From Octopus vulgaris (lineage: Eukaryota): 64,000 nucleotides of DNA. Below are positions 52,397 through 63,465 of the stretch, piece after piece. Each line of letters begins with the position of its first letter. Position 1 is the first letter of the stretch. Position numbers and translations under genes: made by a program. The notes under the pieces are model-generated. The model was given only the letters and a program-made list of their open reading frames with translations, had not been told where the DNA came from and did not search any database. The stretch covers positions 13,950,001 through 14,014,000 of the forward strand of contig OX597837.1 in NCBI GenBank assembly GCA_951406725.2, in the 5' to 3' direction.

Positions 52397-52617
52397 CCCT
52401 TTCGTTACTGTATTTATTTTGAGATGTTCTGTGTCTCTTTCAATTACTTTATATATAACAAAAAATTTAGTAAAATAATTTAGTTATCATTAAGCTTGTG
52501 TTGGGAACATAAATTGTGACTAAGGTTTGGTGGAAGATTTTAATTGAAACCTTAAGAAAACAAGACATTTGTACAACAGAGCCAGAGCCGGTTTCAGCCG
52601 GGTTGGTAACAAAAGGG
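52397..52617. mobile_element. piggyBac-type MITE
   Basis: TTAA TSDs (52393-52396, 52618-52621); TIRs CCCTTTCGTTAC / GTAACAAAAGGG. Confidence 0.85.
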
Positions 52618-52751
52618 TTAATCCAGCCCTGGGAGTGGCTCAGAGAATTCTACAAGGGGCTGGTCACAATTTGAAAGGTTCAACCAGTGTCACCTCACCA
52701 GCTTTTCATTTCTTGGATTTTATAAAACTGAAAATAAAAACTTCCACTTAC

Positions 52752-52866
52752 TTCCAATGGAACCGACACAATATTTTGGCTTGTAATGAATTTTGGATTA
52801 AATCTAATTGTTGTATCATTACATTCTGCTTCCGAAATCTCTTCACAAGAACTTCGTGTGAGGCTC
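52752..52866 (-). CDS. Mucin-like gene exon (SLTRSSCEEISEAECNDTTIRFNPKFITSQNIVSVPLE)
   Basis: aattttcag| and GAA|gtaagt; phase 2 to 0, in frame with both neighbours. Confidence 0.8.
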
Positions 52867-53132
52867 CTGAAAATTTAAAACATCATTATTTGAGTAATTT
52901 ATTTTCTGTTATGGCGACAAATCTGCAATATTTGAGAGTAATCAACATGGCTTACTTTGAGGAAATTCTAAACTGTTCTTAACTGTAAAGCATTGATTTT
53001 CAATTGTAGCTTACTAGAATATAATCACACACGGCACAAAGGGTATATATATATATATATATATATAATATGTTAAGAACAATCTTACTTAGAAATGGAT
53101 GTGTGCGTTCCGTCATATAATAAATTAATAAA

Positions 53133-53320
53133 TAAATAAAACATATGCATATATACATACATATATGTACGTACCTACCTCTACATGTATATATACATGC
53201 ATATATGGGTACATGACACCGACATCTTTTTTGGTGTCCTGTACCCATATATGCATGTATATATACATGTAGAGGTAGGTACGTACATATATGTATGTAT
53301 ATATGCATATGTTTTATTTA
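53133..53320. repeat. Palindrome with 88-bp arms and 12-nt loop
   Basis: 53133-53220 is the reverse complement of 53233-53320 with one mismatch seen. Confidence 0.93.
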
Positions 53321-53337
53321 ATTAATTATATATATAT

Positions 53338-53370
<33 letters not shown>

Positions 53371-53607
53371 TTGTGTGTGTATGGCAAAAATACAGATAGA
53401 GAAAATTATATCTTCAATTGTGAAATTCACCTCACAAATCCGACAATTGTTTCTATTGCGTCAACTTATTTAGATAAAGAAAACATCATTGAAATTAAGA
53501 TTTTCAAAAAAATACATGTAAATATGTTTTCAAGGTAATCTAAAATTAGGTAAAATTCTAAGTGGACTAAGAAAATATATCCATGCAGACAAAAATAATT
53601 TTCTTAC

Positions 53608-53747
53608 TTGCTAAACCTATGTTTTATTTCCACATTGTAAGTTCGGTTGAATGGCCAAGAACAGAAGTCGTGGTTGTCAGCTGGTAGTGTGAGGCTGTTG
53701 AATCGGATGGCCAATGGATACATAGCAATGACCGGTACAAGGTGGAG
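53608..53747 (-). CDS. Mucin-like gene exon (LHLVPVIAMYPLAIRFNSLTLPADNHDFCSWPFNRTYNVEIKHRFS-K)
   Basis: ttccattccag| and AA|gtaaga; phase 0 to 2, open and in frame. Confidence 0.8.
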
Positions 53748-54075
53748 CTGGAATGGAAAAAAAAGGAAAATTATTATAAGATGGAAACAAACCAGGGAGA
53801 TAATTGAGAGACAAAAATTAAGATCAAAGAGAGAAATCAGAAGAAAATCAAAGAATGGACTGTTGTAGAAGGGTTCTGACCACCCCTCAAGTGACTAAAA
53901 GGTGGACTGACTCATTGTTATGAAACAAATAACTGTGAGCGATTGGCAGTTCATGTTGCTGGCAGTTCACTATGATCCTTTCATATAGTGCGTTGAGTCT
54001 TGTGTAATGGTAATAGTAATGCATCATGTATACATACTTTCTACCCCCCCCTCCACTGCTTCGTTATATTATATA

Positions 54076-54467
54076 CTCTTTACTCTTTTACTCTTTTACT
54101 TGTTTCAGTCATTTGACTGCGGCCATGCTGGAGCACCGCCTTTAGTCGAGCAAATCGACCCCGGGACTTATTCTTTGTAAGCCCAGTACTTATTCTATCG
54201 GTCTCTTTTGCCGAACCGCTAAGTGACGGGGACGTAAACACACCAGCATCGGTTGTCAAGCAATGCTAGGGGGACACACAAACACACACACACATACATA
54301 TATATGACAGGCTTCTTTCAGTTTCCGTCTGCCAAATTCACTCACAAGGCATTGGTCGGCCCGATGCTATAGCAGAAGACACTTGCCCAAGATGCCACGC
54401 AGTGGGACTGAACCCGGAACCATGTGGTTGGTTAGCAAGCTACTTACCACACAGCCAATCCTGCGCC
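54076..54467 (-). mobile_element. SINE family A, near full length
   Basis: Reverse complement of the 55487-55900 family. Confidence 0.85.
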
Positions 54468-54682
54468 TATATATTCAATACAAGGATATAAAATTAACTA
54501 ACATACACAAAATACTCTTCCTGTAGTCTTTTTTTTCTACACAGTTTTTACTATTTTTTATTCAGTGTAAAGGTGATTTTTTTGGTTTTTGGTACGTAGA
54601 TCTGTGGTACTAAAAATGAACCTTAGCACCTGGGGAAACATAAAAATAGACTTGGATATTCAGAATTAGTGGAATGAATATC

Positions 54683-55304
54683 TTATTTTTTTACTACCCA
54701 CAAGGGCCTAAACACAGAGAGGACAAACAAGGACAGACAAATGACAAATGGATTAAGTCGATTATATCGACCCCAGTGGATAACTGGTACTTATTTAATC
54801 GACCCCGAAAGGCTGAAAGGCAAAGTCAACCTTGGCGGGATTTGAACTCAGAACGTAAAGACAGATGAAATACCTATTTCTTTACTACCCACAAGGGGCT
54901 AAACACAGAGAGGACAAACAAGGACAGACAAATGACAAATGGATTAAGTCGATTATATCGACCCCAGTGCATAACTGGTACTTATTTAATCGACCCCGAA
55001 AGGATGAAAGGCAAAGTCAACCTTGGCGGAATTTGAACTCAGAATGTAAAGACAGATGAAATACCTATTTCTTTACTACCCACAAGGGCCTAAACACAGA
55101 GAGGACAAACAAGGACAGACAAATGACAAATGGATTAAGTCGATTATATCGACTCCAGTGCATAACTGGTACTTATTTAATCAACCCCGAAAGGATGAAA
55201 GGCAAAGTTGACCTTGGCAGGATTTGAACTCAGAATGTAGTGGCAGACGAAATACCGCAAAGCATTTCGCCTGGCATGTTAAAGATTCTGCCAGCCCAGC
55301 ACCT
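54683..55304 (-). mobile_element. SINE family B trimer: one head plus three 191-bp tandem bodies
   Basis: Period 191 bp; junctions read GAAATACC|TATTTC on the + strand at about 54874 and 55065. Confidence 0.9.
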
Positions 55305-55486
55305 AATATCAAAATGCTTAAAATATTATTAATCAAATAATCTGTTTAATAACCTGTTAGCATTTTTATTTATTTAAAGATTAAATGTTTTTGTTGTTAA
55401 TAGCAACACTTCCGTTTTAATTTTAATTATGTTTTAATTTGTTTTAATTTTAATGATGTTGGTAAAAGGATTTTGAAAAGTCTACA

Positions 55487-55655
55487 AGCAGGAGTGGCTG
55501 TGTGGTAAGTAGCTTGCTAACCAACCACATGGTTCCGGGTTCAGTCCCACTGCGTGGCATCTTGGGCAAGTGTCTTCTGCTATAGCCCCGGGTCGACCAA
55601 AGCCTTGTGAGTGGATTTGGTAGACGGAAACTGAAAGAAGCCTGTCGTATATATG

Positions 55656-55688
<33 letters not shown>

Positions 55689-55900
55689 TTGTGTGTCTGT
55701 GTTTGTCCCCCTAGCATTTGCTTGACAACCGATGCTGGTGTGTTTATGTCCCAGTGACTTAGCGGTTCGGCAAAAGAGACCGATAGAATAAGAACTGGGC
55801 TTACAAAGAATAAGTCCTGGGGTCGATTTGCTCGACTAAAGGCGGTGCTCCAGCATGGCCGCAGTCAAATGACTGAAACAAGTAAAAGAGTAAAAGAGTA
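55487..55900 (+). mobile_element. SINE family A, full length
   Basis: tRNA-like head, CTTGGGCAAGT motif, internal (TA)/(TG)n and (GTAAAAGA)n tail. Confidence 0.88.
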
Positions 55901-55967
55901 AATGAAATAATAATCCTACTGCCACACTTCTATAAATGCATTACAAGTTGGTTGTGTTGCAGACAAC

Positions 55968-56004
55968 CTTGATAGGAAGAATTGCCAGAAAAATAAGCCA
56001 AACG
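55968..56004 (-). CDS. Possible small signal-peptide exon of the mucin-like gene (VWLIFLAILPIK)
   Basis: Acceptor (ttg)n-tttag| and weak donor AAG|gttgtc; hydrophobic and phase-compatible with the 53747 exon. Confidence 0.35.
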
Positions 56005-56237
56005 CTAAACAACAACAACAACAACAGCAACAGAAAAAGCATTGGTGATGGTTCCACGTAAAAAGCCCCCCCCCCCCCAGTACATTCTGTAAAGTGGTTG
56101 GGATTAGGAAGGGCATCCAGCTGTAGAAACCCTGCCAAAACAGACAATTGGAGCCGTGGTGCAGGGTGCAAGTCCCTGGCCCTTACCAGCTCCTTCCAAA
56201 CCATCCAACCCATGCCAGCACGGAAAATGGTCGTTAA

Positions 56238-56250
56238 ATGATGATGACGG

Positions 56251-56291
<41 letters not shown>

Positions 56292-56322
56292 GTGGTGGTT
56301 GTGGTGGTGGTGGTGGTGATGA

Positions 56323-56356
<34 letters not shown>

Positions 56357-56364
56357 GGTGGTGA

Positions 56365-56398
<34 letters not shown>

Positions 56399-56503
56399 GG
56401 TGGTGGTGGTGGTGGTGGTGGTGGTGGTGATGATGATGATGATGATGATGATGATGGTGGTGGGTGGTGGTGGTTGTGGTGGTGGTGGTGGTGGTGGTGG
56501 TGG

Positions 56504-56535
<32 letters not shown>

Positions 56536-56617
56536 GTAATGGTGGTGGTGGTGGTGATGATTATGATGATGATGACGACGACGATGATGATGATGATGAT
56601 AATGATGATGATTATGA
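56238..56617. repeat. Compound (GAT)n/(GGT)n microsatellite expanded from a SINE tail
   Basis: Seen directly. Confidence 0.95.
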
Positions 56618-56869
56618 ACCCACCCAACATAAGTGAACCGATGTTTACACTACATGACTGACTGGAAGAGACCTCCACGTATTGAATAATAAAAATGTCA
56701 ACAAAATATGTTGAATTCTTTCTTCTTAGATAAAAAGAACTTTTGAAAATGGAGTTAAAAACTTGATCACAAAAGACTTCACAGAATTTGGAGGAAACGA
56801 TTTCTTTATTCTATTTGTCTTAGGACAAACATCAAGAAAAAGGTGTGAACTTGCCACACTCGACCCTCC

Positions 56870-56938
56870 CTTTCCTTCTTTCTTTCTTTTTCCTTCCTTT
56901 CTTTCTTTCTTTCTTTCTTTCTTTCCTTCCTTTCTTTC

Positions 56939-57020
<82 letters not shown>

Positions 57021-57039
57021 CCCTTTCTTTCTTTCTTTC

Positions 57040-57085
<46 letters not shown>

Positions 57086-57094
57086 CCTTCCTTC

Positions 57095-57127
<33 letters not shown>

Positions 57128-57196
57128 CTCCCTTCCTCCTTTCCTTCCTTCCTTCCTTCCTTTCATTCTTTCTTTCTTCCTTCCTTTCTTTCTTTT
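56870..57196. repeat. (TTTC)n/(TTCC)n polypyrimidine tract
   Basis: Seen directly. Confidence 0.95.
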
Positions 57197-58690
57197 CATA
57201 TACTGGGTCGCTGCCATGAAGGATTTTGACCCCTGCACTAAGTTTTCAAAGTCAGGTACTTATCCTATCCATCTCTTTCATTTTGATGGCATACAAAACA
57301 CATATTGTCTTTCCAAAAATTATCCCAAAAGCACATCTTGAGCCCAACATGTGATGTTGGGCCTCCCATAAGCTATTACAACACTTTAACCCTTTTTCTA
57401 ATTATATTTCTGTTAACATATGCTGCGTTTGTTAGAATAATAAAGGATAATAATAATAATAATAATAAACAACTTTCATATACTCAGTGCATGTGGTTTG
57501 TTTGTTTGCTGGTATGCTGTGGGTGCAGTGCTTTGGAGACGACTCCCTCATAGCACAGTTGAAAATCATAGACAGGTGAGACAACTTGCCTCCAATCCCA
57601 TTCAGGAGTGGTGGGTATAGATATTTCCCCGTTTTCGTGGCTCATCAATATCACCTGTCTGAATCGAACAAGGGACAACCTGAATCCTCAGTCTTAGAGG
57701 TTTGGCAAAAATTAGCATAAAATTTTGATGACAGATTATTCTTTAAACCACTTTAAAACAGTAAGTTCATGCCACAGAACTTGGGGCAGTCCCAGGTGGG
57801 TTGGTATGGTGGTGAGCTGGCAGACACGTTAGCGCACCAGTTGAAATGCTTAGTGGTATTTTGTGTGCTGTTATGTTCTGAGTTCAAATTCCGCCGAGGT
57901 CGACTTTGCCTTTCATCCTTTCGGTGTCGATTAAATTAAGTACCAGTTACACACTGGGGTCGATGTAATCGACTCGATCCATTTGTCTGTCCTTGTTTGT
58001 CCTCTCTGTGTTTAGTCCCTTGTGGGTAGTAAAGAAATAGGTATCAAAAGGGTCAATACACTAGAAGCTTTCTTCCTGAATATATGCTGCTGATATTGGA
58101 GTGTGTGGAGGTGCATGGCCTAGTGGTTAGAGCAGCAGACTCAAAGGCGAGGGATCATGGGTTTGAATCTCAGACCGGCGATGTGTGTGTTTATGAGTGA
58201 AAACACCTAAGCTCCACGCGGCTCCGGCAGAAGGTAATGGTGAACTTCTGCTGATTCTTTCACCACAACTCTCTCTTGCTCTTTCCTCTTGCATCTTGCA
58301 GCTCACCTGTGACAGACCGGTGTCCCATCCAGGTGGGGAACCTGTATATCAATGAAGCCAGTAAACTGGCCCTTATGAGCCAGGAATGGCTCAAGAAGCA
58401 ACAAACAACAGCAACACATTGGGGTGTACCTGATGCCCCCATTCAACATTTATACCATCAAAAATGGTACATTGTTTTTCATCATTTCTCAGGTGTAGTT
58501 TGGGTTCTGCAGCATTTCATAATATCTCGAAAAAGGGTTGCTTATACACCTTCGCCTTAAAAGACATCACTGCCCTTTCTATAACAGAATCAAGTGTTTT
58601 GCATTTCAAGGTCGCAAATTGTATTTTTGTGCGAGAGTGAAGATATATAGTTTGGTTATTTACATAGGGTAACCTTGAGAGACAGAGAAT

Positions 58691-58726
<36 letters not shown>

Positions 58727-58962
58727 CATGCACACGCACAGACAAACATACATACGCGCGTGCACACACTCACACTCACACACACACATCAAACTTCATG
58801 CGATTAAATGAGAATCAGAAAAAACATTCTCTCTATACTATTGCTGTATGGGAAAAAAGGGGGAGAATTTCCCTATGGACTGCTTCACAGATTGTTTTAT
58901 ATATATATATACACATATATACATACATATGTGTATATACATACATACACACACTATACATA

Positions 58963-59015
<53 letters not shown>

Positions 59016-59629
59016 ATATATGTATGTAAATGCATATGTACATACATATTCATATACATACATATGTGAGTATATATATATATGTATATATATATACATG
59101 TCGACTTCGGCGTAATTTGAACTGAAAATACAAAGAAGACAAAATGCTGTTAAACATTTTTGCCTGGCGTGTTTACCGATTCTTCCAGCTCATTGCTTTG
59201 AAGCGACAGAATATTTCTAAGTAATAAAGGTGGTGATGGGGAAAATGGTAAAAGCAAACAAAGAATTCCCATGTATTTTATACGGCGAAATATTCATTTT
59301 AATGTTAATTAAAAACATTTCTCTGGGTTAATTATTCCATTGTATAACAATTAGCAAAAATCTGTCAGATTTCACATGTGATTGTTTTTTCCCACATCTT
59401 TGAAACGTATTTTTTATTTCTACCTGTTGTAACGACATGTTTCAATCCATTTACCTGCCATAAATTCCGTCTCATGTTACACTTTTTCCAATCACTGTTG
59501 TTACATCCTGTCACATCTAATTACTAGTCCCCTTTCTCCAATCCCCTTTATTAAACACTCTGTGATTGTTGTCTGGACACCAGATAACCCCTGAACAAGC
59601 AGTCTTATGTATGTATGTATGTATGTATA

Positions 59630-59790
59630 GTTGAGATTTATAGAAAAACGAAAGACGAAGACAGGTTTATGAGCAACAAGCAAGTGTATTAGTTTGACGC
59701 TCGGGAAAAGGAAAAAGTCTTTTACATTTCGAGCCTACGCTCTTCAGCAGAAAGGAATAAGAGAAAACAAACAGGGAGAGAATGAAAAAA
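59630..59790 (-). mobile_element. Penelope-like pLTR fragment with variant minimal hammerhead (59719-59754); same family as 63295-63465
   Basis: Minus strand reads CTTT-CTGCTGA-A-GAGC-GTAG-GCTC-GAAA-TG-TA-AAAG. Confidence 0.55.
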
Positions 59791-60236
59791 ACTTGTAGAT
59801 TTCAGCGGTCCCTCTTTAAGGCGTTTCAGTCGACCAAATTGATCCCGTGATTTACTCTTAGTAAGACTAGTATACTTATTCTATCGGTCCTTTTTGCCGA
59901 CCCACTAAGTTACAGGGACATAAGCACACAAACATCGGTTGTCAAGTGATGGCGGTGGAGGGGGGCAAGCACAGACACAAAGACATACACAAATATATAC
60001 ATACATACACACATATACGACAGGTTTCCTTCAGTTTCCGTCTACCAAATCCACTCACAAGTCTTTGGTCGGCCCGAGACTATAGTAGAAGACACTTGCC
60101 CAAGGTGCCACGCATGTAGTTAGGAAGTAAGCTTCTTACCACACAGCCACACCTGTGTGGTATATATATAACCACATAAGAATCCATAAATCAGGAAAAA
60201 ATGGACTGGTATGTTTGTCAGTAGAGTGAGCGTATT

Positions 60237-60493
60237 AATCGAAGTGCGCAGTATTATATATCCACTACGGCCGATCAGACCGATCAGTTTCACATTATGG
60301 GCTCAATGGTGTGTTAGGTAGCAGTCCTATTATGCAACACTGCGCTCTTCAGAGATGGCATTCCATAGCTGCCATCTCTGAAGAGCGCAGGGTTACGTAG
60401 TCGGGCTGCTACCGAACACACCGTTGGGCCCATAATGTGAAACTGATCGGTAAGCTCGGCCGTAATGGATATATAATACTGTACACTTTGATT
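60237..60493. mobile_element. Fold-back MITE, 124-bp arms, 9-nt loop
   Basis: AATCGAAGTGCGCAGTATTATATATCCA...AGAGATGGCA is mirrored by TGCCATCTCT...TGGATATATAATACTGTACACTTTGATT; mismatches are mostly transitions. Confidence 0.85.
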
Positions 60494-60568
60494 TATATAT
60501 ATATATATAATCATACTGATCAGTTTCACATTATGGGTTCAATGGTGTATATGTGTGTGCGTGTGTGT

Positions 60569-60894
60569 ATACAAGGTTTGATTAAAAAGTATTGGGACTG
60601 TTGCTATGGTAACGGGACTAAAGAATGCAGAGTGAAGCCACTTGGCACAGAACTCTGTCGTGTTTTTGCACCAAGTTATAATGTTTTCACTCGCTTTCAT
60701 TGTTTATAGCAGAGTTTGGAAGCAAAGTGTGTAGAGTGTGGTCGTTGGACAGAATTGTGTGCATCCGGTGGGTAACAACTCCACCACGACAAGGCATCTG
60801 AACATTCAGTACAGCTTGTGTAGCAGCTTTTGGCTCTCCAGATTCGACAACCTCCACATTCCCCAGATCTCTTCCCTTGCGACCTTCTCTTCCC

Positions 60895-60897
<3 letters not shown>
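60569..60897 (+). mobile_element. Internally deleted mariner (DD34D-type) relic
   Basis: PPHSPDLFPCDLLFP matches the mariner PPYSPDLAPxDFxLFP motif; TIR-like TACAAGGTTTGATTAAAAAGTATTGGGACT at the 5' end. Confidence 0.65.
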
Positions 60898-60959
<62 letters not shown>

Positions 60960-60975
60960 ATGACCTATCTGCCAC

Positions 60976-61055
60976 ATTAATTATTTGCAACATTAATTAT
61001 TTGCAACCTTAATTATTTGCAACATTAACTATTTGCAACATTAACGGTTTGCAAC
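60976..61055. repeat. 16-bp tandem repeat x5
   Basis: Unit ATTAATTATTTGCAAC. Confidence 0.9.
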
Positions 61056-61757
61056 CCTGATGTCACCAACCAATCAGGTGAGCGCATTTGACAGGTTGGT
61101 TTCACACATCCTCAGGAAGCAGGATAAAAGAGCAGCCATGAATGCTATGTTTTTCTTTGGCGAAGAATGTACAACTCAACGAAGATTAGCGATTAGTGAC
61201 TTCAGAACAAAAAGCTAAATGGTTGTAGAGACACAGGAGAATTTGGAGAACGAAGCCAGCGAAGCTGAAAGAGCTCTGGACCAATTATAGATTTGATGGC
61301 GCACGAATTGATGCAAGGGACAGGAGAGAACAACTGAAAGTTTCTACAAGACAACCTGCCAAGAGATATGGACCTGATTTGTGGTTGCAGGGAAATGTTC
61401 CAGCCTGGTGTAAGGTGACATGGTGATGAAATAGCATTCTTGAAAGCAATATAAACGCTTAGAGACAAATATAGGAATATTTAAAGTGGACAACAAAAAA
61501 ACAATATCAAGTCACTAAAAGAGAAGTTAGACGTCAGGTATGCGTAGCAGGAAGAATAAAATAAAAAGAAACAAATATCGCAGAGTGGGGACTGAACCTG
61601 AAATCACGGGGTTGTGAAGCATAGTTCTTTAACTACGCTGCCACGATACAGATTTGCATGTTTACTTCATTTGGAATCATGGAGGACCTGGGCTAGCATG
61701 GTAGCCTTTCTACAGGGACAAAGAAGTATCAGGAGGTCGCTGCCGTGGACAACCTGT

Positions 61758-61830
<73 letters not shown>

Positions 61831-62334
61831 TAAAAACGTATAGTAAATGTACACACGAACGGAAAACAGACACAGAAGGTCCTCAACTCCCCATCAGTTA
61901 TCGGTCAGAGGGTCAAACGCAATTTCGCACCTTTAACGATAATATTGTTTCCCTTCTGTTGGCGACTGGCGAGCACTTGGCGTGAAATGGGATCGAGACG
62001 TAACAGAACAAGAAAAGACAAACAATAAATGGACAAAAAAGCAATAATGAAGCTGGCATATGAAGATGAATAAATGTAATTCAAGACGAGATTGCTAGTG
62101 AACGGACGAGGGTCGTAATTTCTCTACTCTCCACTTCAACCTGTTTCGCTGTCTGTGGCCCTACAGTTGTCCCACCGTTGCCCTACTGTGGATGACACCA
62201 GGTAGCCCAAACTGTGCCAGTGCTTTACTCAACACATGAACATACTAACTAACATATATCCATTAATCCAAAAATTACACCCACCCACACGTATGTATGT
62301 GTGTGATATATATCTATCTATATATACACATATA

Positions 62335-62668
62335 TTTTATATTTATTTTATTTTTATTTTATTTTTTATTTTATCTAGTTTCAGCTCACGAGCTGTGGCC
62401 ATGCTGGGGCACCGCCATTTGGTGTTGCTACATGATTTTACTTCACGAATGCTTTTTAGCAATTGCCATTTGGTGCATGAGAGAGTTCGATGCAGCTGCC
62501 CTCATCTGCACCTCCTGCCGTGAAGTTGGTTCATCTGGGACACCTGACAGGAAGAGATCCAGTTTTATTTTAAAGACATCTGCATCCACCCCATGCAGGT
62601 CTCTCAGGTTCTTCGGGAGGATATTGAAGCGCTGTGGGCCTCTGAAGCCCAGGCTATCACAGTATCTA
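62335..62668 (-). mobile_element. CR1/L2-group LINE 3' end with (AAAAT)n tail
   Basis: SLGFRGPQRFNILPKNLRDLHGVDADVFKIKLDLFLSGVPDEP...RAAASNSL; 3' UTR GGCGGTGCCCCAGCATGGCCACAGCTCGTGAGCTGAAACTAG. Confidence 0.8.
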
Positions 62669-63294
62669 TAATATATATATACAACCACACACACACACAT
62701 ACACCAATATATGTATGTATAAACACACACACATATGTATATATAAACACACACACATGCATATATGTGAACAACAAATGACTATTGTTAATTATATAGA
62801 AAACTATCCTGGATGGGAAATAATGTTCGGCCGTAACAGGAGATCAAAGACAAGGACAGAATTATGTCCATAGCCTGTGTTTCACAGGGTAACACGTAAT
62901 AGGAAATAGGAAAACAACCGCAATTGATTTCCTAACTGGAACAACGCCTTAAATTCAGAGGGAAGGAGAATCAGTGGTTAGGGCAGCGGACTGGCGGTCG
63001 TAGGATCACGGTTTCGATTCCCAGACCGGGCATTGTGAGCGTTTATTGAGTGAAAACACCTAAAGCTCCACGAGGCTCCGGCAGGGGGTGGTGGCGATCC
63101 CTGCTGTACTCTTTCGCCATAAATTTCTCGCACTCTTTCTTCTGTTGGCCTGCTCGTTTAGCCAGCCGGGTGGCGTCATTTGAAGGCAAAAAACAAAAGC
63201 AAAAAAAACAGTGCGATGCGCATTGTGACCAGCGATGTGTAGCAACATCTGATAGCCTGGTCGGTCACGGTGATCACGGTGATATCGTTGGCCA

Positions 63295-63465
63295 ATACAC
63301 ACACATTTTTTTTCTCTCCTTGTTTTTTCTGTGTCCCTTTCTGTAGAAGAGCGTAGGCTCGAAACGTAAAAGACTTTTTCTATACCTGAGCGTTATACTA
63401 ATACATCTGTTTGTTTTGTATACCACCTGTCTTCGTCTTTTGCTTTTTTCGTAAACTCTCCCTAT
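63295..63465 (+). mobile_element. Penelope-like pLTR fragment with variant minimal hammerhead (63337-63372)
   Basis: CTTT-CTGTAGA-A-GAGC-GTAG-GCTC-GAAA-CG-TA-AAAG with palindromic ACGT stem III; ends in (TA)n. Confidence 0.55.

Noticed and set aside
55941-57341. Poly-H/D/G/V ORFs and the KKER / FLSF ORFs
   Set aside because: Products of (GAT)n/(GGT)n and (TTTC)n microsatellites.
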